64,000 nt of DNA from an uncultured Chloroflexia bacterium (GCA_963814375.1 CAWFCQ010000002.1:128001-192000), one strand, 5' to 3'; positions 10,108-19,535 are shown, counted from the first letter of the stretch. A program made the numbers and translations. Notes: generated by a model from the letters alone, not told the origin.

Positions 10108-10566
10108 TCAGCCGCGCGCGGCGCGGATCTGCTGTGCATGCTCGTGCGGATGGCCGGCGTAGATCTCGAGCCAGCGGTCGACCGAGTACGCACCCGACTC
10201 GGAATGCTCGCCTCGGCGTTCCCATTCGTCGGGCGTGAGCGACTCGAGCAACGACAGGCTCGCGGCGCGGACGGCGTGTGCCACCGCGACTGCCTCGGCG
10301 ATCGGACGCTCGTAGTGGAGCCGCTCCGCCCAGCGTGGCTCGTCGTAGCCCTGAATCGTGACCGGTTCGGCGTCCGCAACCAGGCGTCGCAGCCGCGTGT
10401 AGGCCATGGCCTCCGAATCGGCCAGATGGTGGGCCACCTGGCGCGCCGTCCAACCGCCTTCGGCCGGAGGGCGATCGAGCTCCTCGTCGGTGATCCCCGC
10501 GAGTGCCGCATCGATGGCGGCGCTGCCGGTCCGGTAGCGCTCCATGAGGGCGCGTCGATCGGTCAT
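10108..10566 (-). CDS. DinB/YfiT family protein
   Basis: From ATG at 10566: MTDRRALMERY...GGWTARQVAHHLADSE...YDEPRWA...HPHEHAQQI. Confidence 0.85.
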   Translation of the reverse strand: MTDRRALMERYRTGSAAIDAALAGITDEELDRPPAEGGWTARQVAHHLADSEAMAYTRLRRLVADAEPVTIQGYDEPRWAERLHYERPIAEAVAVAHAVRAASLSLLESLTPDEWERRGEHSESGAYSVDRWLEIYAGHPHEHAQQIRAARG

Positions 10567-11954
10567 CGCTCCTCCGTCCAGGGGTCGTAGTCGGGATCCG
10601 GCGGCTCGGCGGCCGGCCGCAGCTTCTCGGGGACATTGCGCAGATTGACCCGGATCCGCCACCACACCTTGTAGCGGCCGCGCATGGCGTCGACGAGAAC
10701 GTCCTCCGGGTCGCGGACGTGCGGCGCCACGTCCGGATGGCGCCCGCGCCAGCGGTCGAGCCCGGCGAGCGCATCGGCCTTGTCGGCGGCCTGGCTGATC
10801 ACGAGCAGCGGCTGCGTCGAGCGGCGACGGCCGGTGGGTGGGACCGTCCCGTCCGGATTGCGGGCGGGAGCCGAGGGCATCGAGGGGGCCACCGAGCCGG
10901 CGCGACCGCGTGGCGCGGTCGGGTCCGTTGGCGTCAGCTCGGCCGGATCCGGCATTCGCCGCTTCGAGGGCTGCACCCGAGGCGGCTCGCCCGGCTGCTT
11001 GACATAGTTCGGAGGCCATGGCGCGTCGCCGAGCCCCTCGGACTCGTGGCGAGCGACGAGCTCGAGCAGCGGCTCCAGCGAGTGGGCCGTCGCATCGATC
11101 CCCGCCCCGACGTCCCGGAGCTTCTCGTAGCGTGCCGGAACGGTCAGGAGCGTGAAGTCCTCGAGCTCCGCGTCGGGCACCTCGTCCCACGTCAGCGGCG
11201 CGCTCACCGTGGCCGATGGCCGCGGCCGGACCGAGTACACCGACGCGACGGTGCGGTCCTTGGCGTTCTGGTTGTAGTCGAGGAAGACGCCGTGACGCTC
11301 CTCCTTCCACCATTTGCTGGTCGCCAGCGCCGGGGCACGCCGCTCGACCTCCCGCGCCAGGGCCAGCGCTGAGCGGCGGACCTCGGAGAAGCCCCACTTC
11401 GGCTCGAGGCGAACGTAGACGTGGATGCCACGCGAGCCCGATGTCTTGGGCCACGCCGTGTAGCCGAGCTCGGTGAGGACCTCGCGCACGACGATTGCCA
11501 CCGATCGCACGTCGGCCCACGCAACGCCCGGGCCGGGATCGAGGTCGACCCGCAGCTCGTCGGGATGATCGAGGTCGCCGGAACGGACGGGGTGAGGGTT
11601 GAGGTCGATGCAGCCGAGGTTCACGACCCAAGCCAGCGCGGCGGCGTTGTCGACGACGACCTCGTCGGCGGTTCGGCCCGATGGGAACGACAGCTCCACG
11701 GTGCGGACGAACGGCGGAACGGACTTCGGCGCACGCTTCTGGAAGAAGGCCTCACCGGCGGCGCCGTCGACGAACCGCTTCAGCGCCATCGGGCGGTCAC
11801 GGACGCCGAGGATCGCACCATCGGCGACGGCGAGGTAGTAGCGAACGAGGTCGAGCTTGGTGATGCCCGCATCGGCGAAGAAGATCTTGCCGGGGTTGGT
11901 GATGGTGACCTCGTGGCCGTCCAGGCTCAGCGTTTCCGACTCGGTTCGTGCCAT
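10563..11954 (-). CDS. LigD-type primase-polymerase (Prim-PolC/PolD) with C-terminal extension
   Basis: ITNPGKIFF, TKLDLVRYY, FFQKRAP, HPDELRVDLDP, KTSGSRGIH, WWKEERHGVFLDYNQNAKDRT and VSAPLTWDE. ATG at 11954. Confidence 0.9.
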   Translation of the reverse strand: MARTESETLSLDGHEVTITNPGKIFFADAGITKLDLVRYYLAVADGAILGVRDRPMALKRFVDGAAGEAFFQKRAPKSVPPFVRTVELSFPSGRTADEVVVDNAAALAWVVNLGCIDLNPHPVRSGDLDHPDELRVDLDPGPGVAWADVRSVAIVVREVLTELGYTAWPKTSGSRGIHVYVRLEPKWGFSEVRRSALALAREVERRAPALATSKWWKEERHGVFLDYNQNAKDRTVASVYSVRPRPSATVSAPLTWDEVPDAELEDFTLLTVPARYEKLRDVGAGIDATAHSLEPLLELVARHESEGLGDAPWPPNYVKQPGEPPRVQPSKRRMPDPAELTPTDPTAPRGRAGSVAPSMPSAPARNPDGTVPPTGRRRSTQPLLVISQAADKADALAGLDRWRGRHPDVAPHVRDPEDVLVDAMRGRYKVWWRIRVNLRNVPEKLRPAAEPPDPDYDPWTEER

Positions 11955-12018
11955 CGGTCCAAGCGTAGCGCTACGCTCAAGCGGCACATCCCTTGCGAGA
12001 GGGCTCGGACGAGAGCCG

Positions 12019-13050
12019 ATGGACACCCTGAAACGACTGGTCGAGCGCATCAACCGGTGGACCGAGCGCCATCGACTCCCGCGCATCTCGCGGCGGGCGA
12101 TCGAGGGGTTCCTGAGCCATGACGCCCTCCAGTACGCCGGCGGGATGGCGTACTTCAGCGTCCTCGCGATCTTCCAGCTGCTTGTCCTCGGCGTCGTCAT
12201 CGCGTCGCTCATCCTCGGCGCGGACGAGGCGCGGCAGTTGGTCGTCGACCAGGTGTCGGCCGGGTCGCCGGTCGACCCCGAGATGGTCGGCGAGATCATC
12301 GACTCGGCCATCGAGGCGCGCGGCGAAGTGACGATCCTCACGATCGTCTTCCTGGCGTGGGGCGCGCTCGGCCTCTTCGGGGCGATGTCGGGCGGCATCG
12401 CCCGCGTCTTCGACGTCGCCGAGCCCCGCCCGTTCATCAAGCAGCAGGTGCTCGGCCTGACCCTCATGGCTCTCACGGGGTTGCTGGCGGTTGGATCGGT
12501 CGTCATCGGCATAGCCACCGGGATCCTGGTCGAGTTCGCGACCGAGCTCGTGGCCGGGGTTCCCGGAGGCGAGACCGCCGTCCGGCTCATCGGCTTCTTG
12601 GTGCCGCTGATCCTCATCTTCATCGCGTTCTGGGTCATCTACCGCGTCGTGCCGAATCGGCCGGTGGCGTGGGGCGAAGTGCTGCCCGGCGCGATCGTGG
12701 CCACGCTGCTGTGGACCGTGCTGCGCATCGGGTTCACCTTCTACGCGACGCGGATCGCCAATTACGACTCTGCCTTCGGCCCGCTCTCGACCGCGATCAC
12801 GCTGATCGTGTTTCTCTACTTCGCCAGCCTGATCATCCTGATCGGCGCGGAGTTCGCCCGCGCGAGGACCCTCGACGACGAGCGCGAGCTGCTCGAGGCG
12901 GCCGACCCGCGCTTCCTGCCCGTGGTGATCGACGTGCCCCCGGGCCCTGCGCCCGCCTCTCGCAAGGGCATCTCGCGCTGGGTCGTGGTGGCCGGCGCGG
13001 CGGTGCTTGGCGTGCTTGTCGGCCGGCTCACGAAGCGCGACGAGTACTAG
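12019..13050 (+). CDS. YihY/virulence factor BrkB family membrane protein
   Basis: AGGMAYFSVLAIF, IYRVVPNR, PGAIVAT, YDSAFGPL and LIILIGAE. Confidence 0.88.
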   Translation: MDTLKRLVERINRWTERHRLPRISRRAIEGFLSHDALQYAGGMAYFSVLAIFQLLVLGVVIASLILGADEARQLVVDQVSAGSPVDPEMVGEIIDSAIEARGEVTILTIVFLAWGALGLFGAMSGGIARVFDVAEPRPFIKQQVLGLTLMALTGLLAVGSVVIGIATGILVEFATELVAGVPGGETAVRLIGFLVPLILIFIAFWVIYRVVPNRPVAWGEVLPGAIVATLLWTVLRIGFTFYATRIANYDSAFGPLSTAITLIVFLYFASLIILIGAEFARARTLDDERELLEAADPRFLPVVIDVPPGPAPASRKGISRWVVVAGAAVLGVLVGRLTKRDEY

Positions 13051-13193
13051 GCGCTTCACGCTCCGACGGGTCTGGGTACTGGACAGCCTGTAGTACCTTT
13101 GGGGCCGTTTCGAGGCCGGGAGGCCTCCGCCACCATTCGGCCCCTCTCTCGCACTTGGGGCACAAGGGCATTGCAGATAGAGATCACCGCTCG

Positions 13194-14678
13194 ATGAGGC
13201 GGCGATCACATCTGGCCGTCACGTTCGTCGCCCTGCTGACGGTCGGGTGGAGCGCCGTCACAACCCAACCCAGCGGCTCGGCCCTTGCCGCTGACCCCCA
13301 GGCCGAACTGGCCCGGACCCGCGAACAGCTCGCCGACGCGCGGTCGACGCAGCAGTCGCTGGCCGATACCCTCGAGCGTCAGCGCGCCGACCTGGCCGCC
13401 CTCGAGGATCGATCGGCGCAGCTCGGATCGCAGCTGGACCTCGCCCGCGCCGAGCTCTCGGCCGTCACCGCCGAGTTCGATCGGGTCAGCGGGCTACTGG
13501 TGCAGGTGCGCGAGCAGGTTGCCGAGGTCGAGGCGCGCATCGCCGAGCTCCAGGCTCAGATCGCGGCACTCGACGATGAGCTGACGGCGGTTGCCGCGGA
13601 CATCCAGCGGCGCGGGAAGGAGCTCGACGAGCGCGAGGCGCTGCTCGAGGACCATGTCCGCACCGCGTACGAGCGCAGCCAGACCTCGCTGCTCGAGATC
13701 CTGCTGACGGCGGAGTCACTCGATCAGGCCACCACCCAGGTGGGGTACCTGATGACCATCTCGGAGCAGGACACCGTCCTCGCGGATGAGATCCGGGCGA
13801 TCCGGGCCGAGCTAGAGACACGCCGCGCCACCCTTCGCGACGGGCGCATCGCGCTGGCCCAGGCCCGCGCCGTCGCGCGTGACGAGGAGGCCGCCCTCAA
13901 GGCGCGGCGGGACGAGCTCGCTGCCCTCGAGGTCCAGCTCGCCCAGCTCCGCGTCGCCGCCGAGCAGAAGCGCGCGGCCCAGGCCGCGGCGCTGAACTCG
14001 AGCCTCGAGGCGGAAGAGGACGTCGAGGCGATGATCGCGCGCAACCAGCGCGCCGCCGAAGCGGCCTCCGCGCTCGCCGCGCAGCTCCAGCGGCAGGCAA
14101 CGGCGCAGGCTGCCGCCATCGCCGAGGCGAAGCGCCGGGCGGAGGAGGAGGCGCGCCGCCGCGCCGCCGAGGCAGCCGCTAGGGCTGCCTCCGCCAGGAA
14201 CGCCGCCGAGGCAGCCGCCAGGGCCGCCGAAGCGGCCGCCAACGCCACTTCGTCGTACGGTTTCCGATGGCCTGAGCGCCCGACCCAGGTCACCCAGGAG
14301 TGGGGCCCGACCGGCTTCGCGCTCGAGCCGCCCTACACCTACGGCGGCACCTACTATCCCCACTTCCATGCGGGCATCGACTTCGCGGCGGGGTGTGGCA
14401 CGCAGATTCACGCGGCCGGTGCGGGTGTCGTGGTCGCCTCGGGCCAGCCGTTGCTGCCCTGGGACACCGGGTTCGGCGTCGTGGTCGATCACGGCAACGG
14501 CATCCAGTCGTGGTACTGGCACATGCAGCCAAACGTGGTCGTCGCGCCCGGAGCGATCGTCACCAGCAGCTCGGTCATCGGCTACGAGGGCAGCACCGGC
14601 ATGTCGACCGGCTGCCACGTGCACTTCGCCGTCAACCACAACGGCAGCTGGGAGAACCCCCGCAACTACCTGCCCTAG
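13194..14678 (+). CDS. Secreted coiled-coil M23 peptidase (EnvC/CwlO-like architecture)
   Basis: Signal peptide, long heptad coiled coil and a C-terminal M23 domain (HAGID, YWHM, STGCHVHF). Confidence 0.88.
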   Translation: MRRRSHLAVTFVALLTVGWSAVTTQPSGSALAADPQAELARTREQLADARSTQQSLADTLERQRADLAALEDRSAQLGSQLDLARAELSAVTAEFDRVSGLLVQVREQVAEVEARIAELQAQIAALDDELTAVAADIQRRGKELDEREALLEDHVRTAYERSQTSLLEILLTAESLDQATTQVGYLMTISEQDTVLADEIRAIRAELETRRATLRDGRIALAQARAVARDEEAALKARRDELAALEVQLAQLRVAAEQKRAAQAAALNSSLEAEEDVEAMIARNQRAAEAASALAAQLQRQATAQAAAIAEAKRRAEEEARRRAAEAAARAASARNAAEAAARAAEAAANATSSYGFRWPERPTQVTQEWGPTGFALEPPYTYGGTYYPHFHAGIDFAAGCGTQIHAAGAGVVVASGQPLLPWDTGFGVVVDHGNGIQSWYWHMQPNVVVAPGAIVTSSSVIGYEGSTGMSTGCHVHFAVNHNGSWENPRNYLP

Positions 14679-14681
14679 CGG

Positions 14682-16838
14682 TCAGGCCTCGACCGGGGTT
14701 CGCACCGCCGGCAGGTAGAGCCGGTCGACGTACTCGCTCAGCATGCGTGCGGTGCTGAACTGCCACAGCGCCGACGCGATCGCCGCGCGCATCGTCGCGA
14801 TCCAGGCCGTCGGCAGGCCGTCGGGCCGATCGAAGAATCGCGGGATGATCTCCTCCTCGAGGAGCCGATACAGCTCCGTCGCATCCGCCTCGTCCTGGGC
14901 AGTCTCGTCGCCGTCGGGCTCGCGGTCGCCGATGGCCCAGCCGTTCTCGCCGGTGAAGCCCTCGTCCCACCATCCGTCGAGGATGGACACCGACGGGATG
15001 CCGTTGATGGCGGCCTTCATGCCCGAGGTGCCCGACGCCTCCATCGGCCGGCGCGGATTGTTGAGCCAGACGTCGACGCCGCCGACGAGGAAGCGGGCGA
15101 CGCGCATGTCGTAGTCCTCGATCACGAAGACGCGTCCCCTCAGCCGCTGAGAGCGCGACAGCTCGAAGATGCGCTGGATCACCTGCTGACCGGGTCGATC
15201 GGCGGGGTGCGCCTTGCCGGCGATGACGACCTGGACCGGGCGCTCGGTCGACGAGACGATGTCGGCCAGGCGGTCCTCGTCCCGGAAGAGGAGATCGGCA
15301 CGCTTGTAGGTGGCGAAGCGGCGCGCGAAGCCGATGGTCAGGGCGTCGGGATCGAGCACATCGCGGACCTCGCGGAGCGTTCGCGGAGACTCGCCGTGGC
15401 GCGCGAGCTGGCGCGCGAGACGCCCCTCGAGGAACCCGGTCAGCTCGCGCTTCTGCTGCTGGTGCGCCGCCCAGAGCTCCTCGTCCTGGAGGGATCCGAG
15501 CCCGGACAGCGCCTCCGGACCGGCCAGGTCCTCGCCCAGCGCGACTCCGATGGCAGCCTTCACCAGCCGGCGCACCGGTCGCCCGAGCCAGGTCGGGACG
15601 TGCACGCCGTTCGTGATCGCACCGATCGGATGACCTGCCAGCTCCTGCCACGTCTCGGTGGCGGTGCGCCCGTGCAGCTGCGACACGGCGTTCGCGTCGA
15701 CCGCGTGGCGGAGCACGAACGCGGTCATGTCGAAGGGCGCATTCGCGTCGTCGGTGTGGCCGCGGCCGAGCTCGAGCAGCTCGCCGGGCGTGGCGCCGGT
15801 GGCGTCGAACCAGGATGCGATGGCCGGCGCCACCAGATCCCGCCCGAAGACCTCGTTGCCGGCGGGAACCGGCGTGTGGATCGTGAAGACCGTGTCGCGG
15901 CCCACGCGTCGGAGCGCCTCGCCCGGTGCGATGCCCGCCTGGGAGGAAACCATCTCGCGGGCCCGTTCGAGGAGCAGGAATGCCGAGTGGCCCTCGTTGA
16001 GGTGCCAGACGGCGGGCTCGATGCCGAGAGCGCGCAGAGCGCGCACGCCGCCGATCCCGAGCACGAGCTCCTGGCACAGGCGCATCTCGCGCCCACGGAC
16101 GTAGAGGATGTGGGTGATCGGCCGATCCGCCGCATCGTTGGCGGGGACGTCGGTGTCGAGGAGCAGGATCGGGACGCGTCCCACCTGGGCGACCCAGACC
16201 GCGGCATGCACGATGCGGTCGGCGATCTCGACGCTCACCGCCAGCGGCGCCCCGTCGAGGCCGCGGGCCCGGCGCAGGGGATGCTGGGCAGGGTCGAGGT
16301 CGGGCTGCGCGTGCTCCTGGTGGCCATCGGCGTCGATCTGCTGGCGGAAGTAGCCGCGTCGGTAGAGCAGGCCGATGCCGACGAAGGGAAGCGCCGCATC
16401 CGAGGCGGACTTGCAGTGATCGCCGGCCAGGATGCCGAGGCCGCCCGAGTAGATCTGCATCGACTCGTGGATGCCGAACTCGGCGCAGAAGTAGGCGATC
16501 GGCCCCGGCAGCGCCCGCTCCGGCGATGCGACGTACCAGGAGCCGGCGCCATTGGCCATGTACCGGCCGAACTCGTCCAGCACACGGCTGGCGTCGACCA
16601 TGAAGTCCTCGTCGTCGGTCAGCTCGGCCCAGCGCGCCTGGTCGGCATAGCGAAGCACGGCGATCGGATTCCGATGGCGGACCCAGGCGCTGACATTGAT
16701 GCGGCTGAACAGGGCCTGCGCTCGAGGGGTCCAGCTCCACCACAGGTTGTAGGCCAGCTCGCCGAGCCCCTCGAGGTCGGCGGGCAGGTTGAAGTCATGG
16801 CCGGACAGCGTCGGCACGCGGAGGGATGTGCTGGTCAC
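14682..16838 (-). CDS. glgP: Alpha-glucan (glycogen/maltodextrin) phosphorylase
   Basis: YNLWWSW, YSGGLGILAGD, HLNEGH, ITNGVH, FARRFATYKR, GKAHPAD and EASGTSGMK (PLP lysine). Confidence 0.96.
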   Translation of the reverse strand: MTSTSLRVPTLSGHDFNLPADLEGLGELAYNLWWSWTPRAQALFSRINVSAWVRHRNPIAVLRYADQARWAELTDDEDFMVDASRVLDEFGRYMANGAGSWYVASPERALPGPIAYFCAEFGIHESMQIYSGGLGILAGDHCKSASDAALPFVGIGLLYRRGYFRQQIDADGHQEHAQPDLDPAQHPLRRARGLDGAPLAVSVEIADRIVHAAVWVAQVGRVPILLLDTDVPANDAADRPITHILYVRGREMRLCQELVLGIGGVRALRALGIEPAVWHLNEGHSAFLLLERAREMVSSQAGIAPGEALRRVGRDTVFTIHTPVPAGNEVFGRDLVAPAIASWFDATGATPGELLELGRGHTDDANAPFDMTAFVLRHAVDANAVSQLHGRTATETWQELAGHPIGAITNGVHVPTWLGRPVRRLVKAAIGVALGEDLAGPEALSGLGSLQDEELWAAHQQQKRELTGFLEGRLARQLARHGESPRTLREVRDVLDPDALTIGFARRFATYKRADLLFRDEDRLADIVSSTERPVQVVIAGKAHPADRPGQQVIQRIFELSRSQRLRGRVFVIEDYDMRVARFLVGGVDVWLNNPRRPMEASGTSGMKAAINGIPSVSILDGWWDEGFTGENGWAIGDREPDGDETAQDEADATELYRLLEEEIIPRFFDRPDGLPTAWIATMRAAIASALWQFSTARMLSEYVDRLYLPAVRTPVEA

Positions 16839-16881
16839 GAGGGCCGATGATAGCGGCGGCGCGCTACGCTAGCGGCCGAGC

Positions 16882-18423
16882 ATGGACGGCTATTCGATCA
16901 CGGAGGCGGCATCGGTCCTGGGCGTGCCGACGGAGCGCGTCTGGGAGCTTCTCGCGCGCGGCGTTCTCGCCGGCGAGCAGGAAGGCGAGACCGGCATGCG
17001 CGTGTACCTCCATCCGCGACCGGCGCCAGCACCCCGCGCCGTCGATGCCGGTCGTCCGAGCAGCGATCCCACCGCCGAACCGGAGCGAGAGCTCTCGCCC
17101 TTTCGGGAGCTGCTGACAGAGTTCCGCAACCTCACTGAGCGCTACGGGCAGGCGCTGCTGGCACTCGGCGAGTCGCGCGGCGAGGTCGCGTCGCTCCGGT
17201 CGCGGGTCGATCTGCTCGAAGCGCGGATCGACCTCCGCCTGCCGCTCGCCTCACCGGCGACGCCTGCTGCGTCGACGCCACCACCGCCACCTTTCCCTGC
17301 CGACCACACGGTCATTCCCACCGCCGTCGTCGAGCCGGCCGAGACGCCGGCCGAGACGCCGGCCGCAGGGCCGGCCGAGGCCGGTGGTCAGGTGGACGAC
17401 GATGAGTCTCGCGGCCGGAATCGCGGACCCCGACGAGCGACGGAGCGCTTCGCCGATGCGCTCGCCCGCGCCGAAGACCCGAGCTTGCCGGAGCTGCCGC
17501 GGGCGGAAGCCGCCGCGATCATCCGGGGCGAGGCCGAGACGCCGTTCGACCCGGCACTGCCGCGCGAGCTCCCGGCTGCCGAGGTCGTGCTCACCGCCGA
17601 GGAAGGGGCCGTCGAGCCACCGGCGGCTGATGGCATCGCCGACGAGGTCGCCGACCGGGTGGCGATAACCGAGGGCGGATGGACCGCGCCGCTCGAGGCC
17701 GCTCGCCCCGCACCTGACGCCCCTTCCGACACCGCTCCACCAGCCCCCGTCGAGCCCCTCGACTGGGACGCGGGGCGCTACACGACTTCCATCGACGAGA
17801 CCGACTGGATGGCCAGCGACGCGTGGGAGCCGGAGCCGCAGCAGGGGACGCAGCCGGAGGCATCCGACGAAGCGATCGCGAGCGAGCAGCCGGCCGTTGA
17901 AGATGAGCCCGAGCCACCGGTCGAGCAAAGCGACGCGACGGCCGAGGCGACGGACGATGAGGCGGAGCCCGAGGATGACGAGCCGGCGGCCGTGAGCGAG
18001 GGGATCGAGCCCGAGGGGATCGAGCGCCAGGAGATCGAGCCGCAGGAAGCCGTGGCCGAGGAGCCGTCCGAGCCCGAGGAGACGATGCTCTGGTTCGGCC
18101 GCTCGCCCGACGAGAGCGGCGCCGCGGAGATGGAGGTCGTGACCTCCGCAGCGCGGCCAGCCGAGGCCTCCATCGAGCTGCCGGGCGGGGACGAGCTCGA
18201 CGAGGCGCTTGCCGAGATGGCGCCGATTGCCATCGAGGCGCCGGAGACCTCGCCGCCTGTACCTACCCAGCCCTCTTCCTCGCCCGGAGCCGCAATCGCA
18301 CGGACGACGGCTCCTCCACGGGTGCTCACAACACTGACGCGTCCCGGCGCGACGCCCACCCCCATGACGACCGGTCCGGCTTCACGGGCCTATCGGCGGC
18401 TGCGCCGCATCTTCCCCGGCTGA
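16882..18423 (+). CDS. N-terminal MerR/excisionase-like HTH protein with short coiled coil, long acidic disordered region and basic C-terminal helix
   Basis: MDGYSITEAASVLGVPTERVWELLARGVL is HTH_17-like; LLTEFRNLTERY...LRSRVDLLEARI is a coiled coil; E/P/A-rich tract; ends RAYRRLRRIFPG. Confidence 0.7.
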   Translation: MDGYSITEAASVLGVPTERVWELLARGVLAGEQEGETGMRVYLHPRPAPAPRAVDAGRPSSDPTAEPERELSPFRELLTEFRNLTERYGQALLALGESRGEVASLRSRVDLLEARIDLRLPLASPATPAASTPPPPPFPADHTVIPTAVVEPAETPAETPAAGPAEAGGQVDDDESRGRNRGPRRATERFADALARAEDPSLPELPRAEAAAIIRGEAETPFDPALPRELPAAEVVLTAEEGAVEPPAADGIADEVADRVAITEGGWTAPLEAARPAPDAPSDTAPPAPVEPLDWDAGRYTTSIDETDWMASDAWEPEPQQGTQPEASDEAIASEQPAVEDEPEPPVEQSDATAEATDDEAEPEDDEPAAVSEGIEPEGIERQEIEPQEAVAEEPSEPEETMLWFGRSPDESGAAEMEVVTSAARPAEASIELPGGDELDEALAEMAPIAIEAPETSPPVPTQPSSSPGAAIARTTAPPRVLTTLTRPGATPTPMTTGPASRAYRRLRRIFPG

Positions 18424-18424
18424 G

Positions 18425-18618
18425 ACTCCCGCTCGCTACATCGGTCGATCTCTACCGGAGCGTAGCGGCGCGCGCTGTCTGCCCGGTGGAGCGAGTGCCA
18501 GGACGCGCGAAGGGCGCGCAGGGGCGCCGCTCGTGCGGCTCCGGTGCTCCCTGGACTGAACAATTGCCGCCTGCGGTCGGCCTCGTGTGGAAAACGCCCG
18601 ACACAGTGAGCACCGAGT
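18425..18618 (-). ncRNA. ~190-nt rod-shaped structured RNA, candidate 6S RNA
   Basis: Terminal arms GCUCACUGUGUCGG and CCGAUGUAGCGAGC pair 13 of 14, including 3 G-U (supports the minus strand). Nested inner stems and an apical GCGCG/CGCGC hairpin at 18505-18519. Intergenic, with a 6S-like size. Confidence 0.55.
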
Positions 18619-18689
18619 GATTGACGACCCGGCTGGGTCGGCCCGGTCGCCGGCGACGCTCGAGCCGGCTCGGGATACCATCGGCGCCT

Positions 18690-19280
18690 ATGCTTCCCTT
18701 TGACGCCCAGACGGCCCTCGTCGTCGTCGACCTGCAGAACGACTTTGCGGATCCCGCCGGCTCCCTAGCGGTCGCGGGTGGAGCCGGTGTCATCCCGGTC
18801 GTCAACGGTGCGATGGAGGCCGCAGCATCTGCGGGCGCCATGGTCGTCGCGACCCAGGACTGGCATCCGGAGTCGACTCCCCATTTCGCCAAGGACGGTG
18901 GCATCTGGCCGGTCCACTGTGTGGGCGGCACGTGGGGGGCCGAGCTCCATCCCGACTTCGAGCTGCCGGACGACGCTCCGCGGATCCGCAAGGGCACCGG
19001 CGGGGAGGACGGCTACTGCGCGTTCTTCGTGCGGGACCCCGTCAGCGGTGAGGAGGTGCCGACCGAGCTCGAGGGGATGCTCCGGGATCGGGGCATCCAG
19101 CGCCTGGTCGTGGCCGGCCTGGCGACTGACTACTGCGTCAAGGAGACGGCGATCGATGCGGCGCGGCTGGGTTTCGGCGTCAGCCTGCTGGCCAACGGCG
19201 TCGCGGCGGTGAACCTTGAGCCGGGAGACGGCGATCGGGCCATCCAGGAGATGGCCGCTGCCGGAGTCGAGATCGGCTGA
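18690..19280 (+). CDS. pncA: Nicotinamidase/pyrazinamidase
   Basis: VVDLQNDF, TQDWHP, WPVHCV, KG and GLATDYCVKETA. Confidence 0.93.
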   Translation: MLPFDAQTALVVVDLQNDFADPAGSLAVAGGAGVIPVVNGAMEAAASAGAMVVATQDWHPESTPHFAKDGGIWPVHCVGGTWGAELHPDFELPDDAPRIRKGTGGEDGYCAFFVRDPVSGEEVPTELEGMLRDRGIQRLVVAGLATDYCVKETAIDAARLGFGVSLLANGVAAVNLEPGDGDRAIQEMAAAGVEIG

Positions 19281-19283
19281 CGC

Positions 19284-19475
19284 CTACCCGGCTCGCCGGC
19301 GCGCCCAGCCGAAGAGGATCAGGCCGGCCAGCGCTGTGACGGCGCCGATGACGATCCAGCTGCGATCGGCGGTCATGAAGCTGGCCGGTGCGAAGGGAAG
19401 ATTGAGGCCCTGCGCGACCCAGACCAGGCCTGCGGCGGCAACGAGAAGACCGAGAATGGTGAGGGCCATTCGCAT
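19284..19475 (-). CDS. Small two-TM membrane protein
   Basis: MRMALTILGLLVAAAGLVWVAQGLNL..SFMT...WIVIGAVTALAGLILF has two hydrophobic helices. Confidence 0.65.
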   Translation of the reverse strand: MRMALTILGLLVAAAGLVWVAQGLNLPFAPASFMTADRSWIVIGAVTALAGLILFGWARRRAG

Positions 19476-19501
19476 GCGACGATCGTACCCGCGTTTCGTA
19501 C

Positions 19502-19530
19502 TTGCGAACGGGCACGCGGTCGCGTAATAC
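19502..19530 (+). promoter_or_regulatory. sigma70-type promoter TTGCGA-N17-TAATAC
   Basis: -35 at 19502-19507 and -10 at 19525-19530, ~155 nt upstream of the zinc-ribbon start. Confidence 0.6.
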
Positions 19531-19535
19531 TCCGC

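Noticed and set aside
13051-13193. c-di-AMP (ydaO) riboswitch upstream of the M23 peptidase
   Set aside because: The conserved ydaO sequence blocks are not recognisable and the region is short.
18586-18594. Isolated DnaA-box variant TGTGGAAAA
   Set aside because: A single copy lying inside the predicted RNA; likely coincidental.
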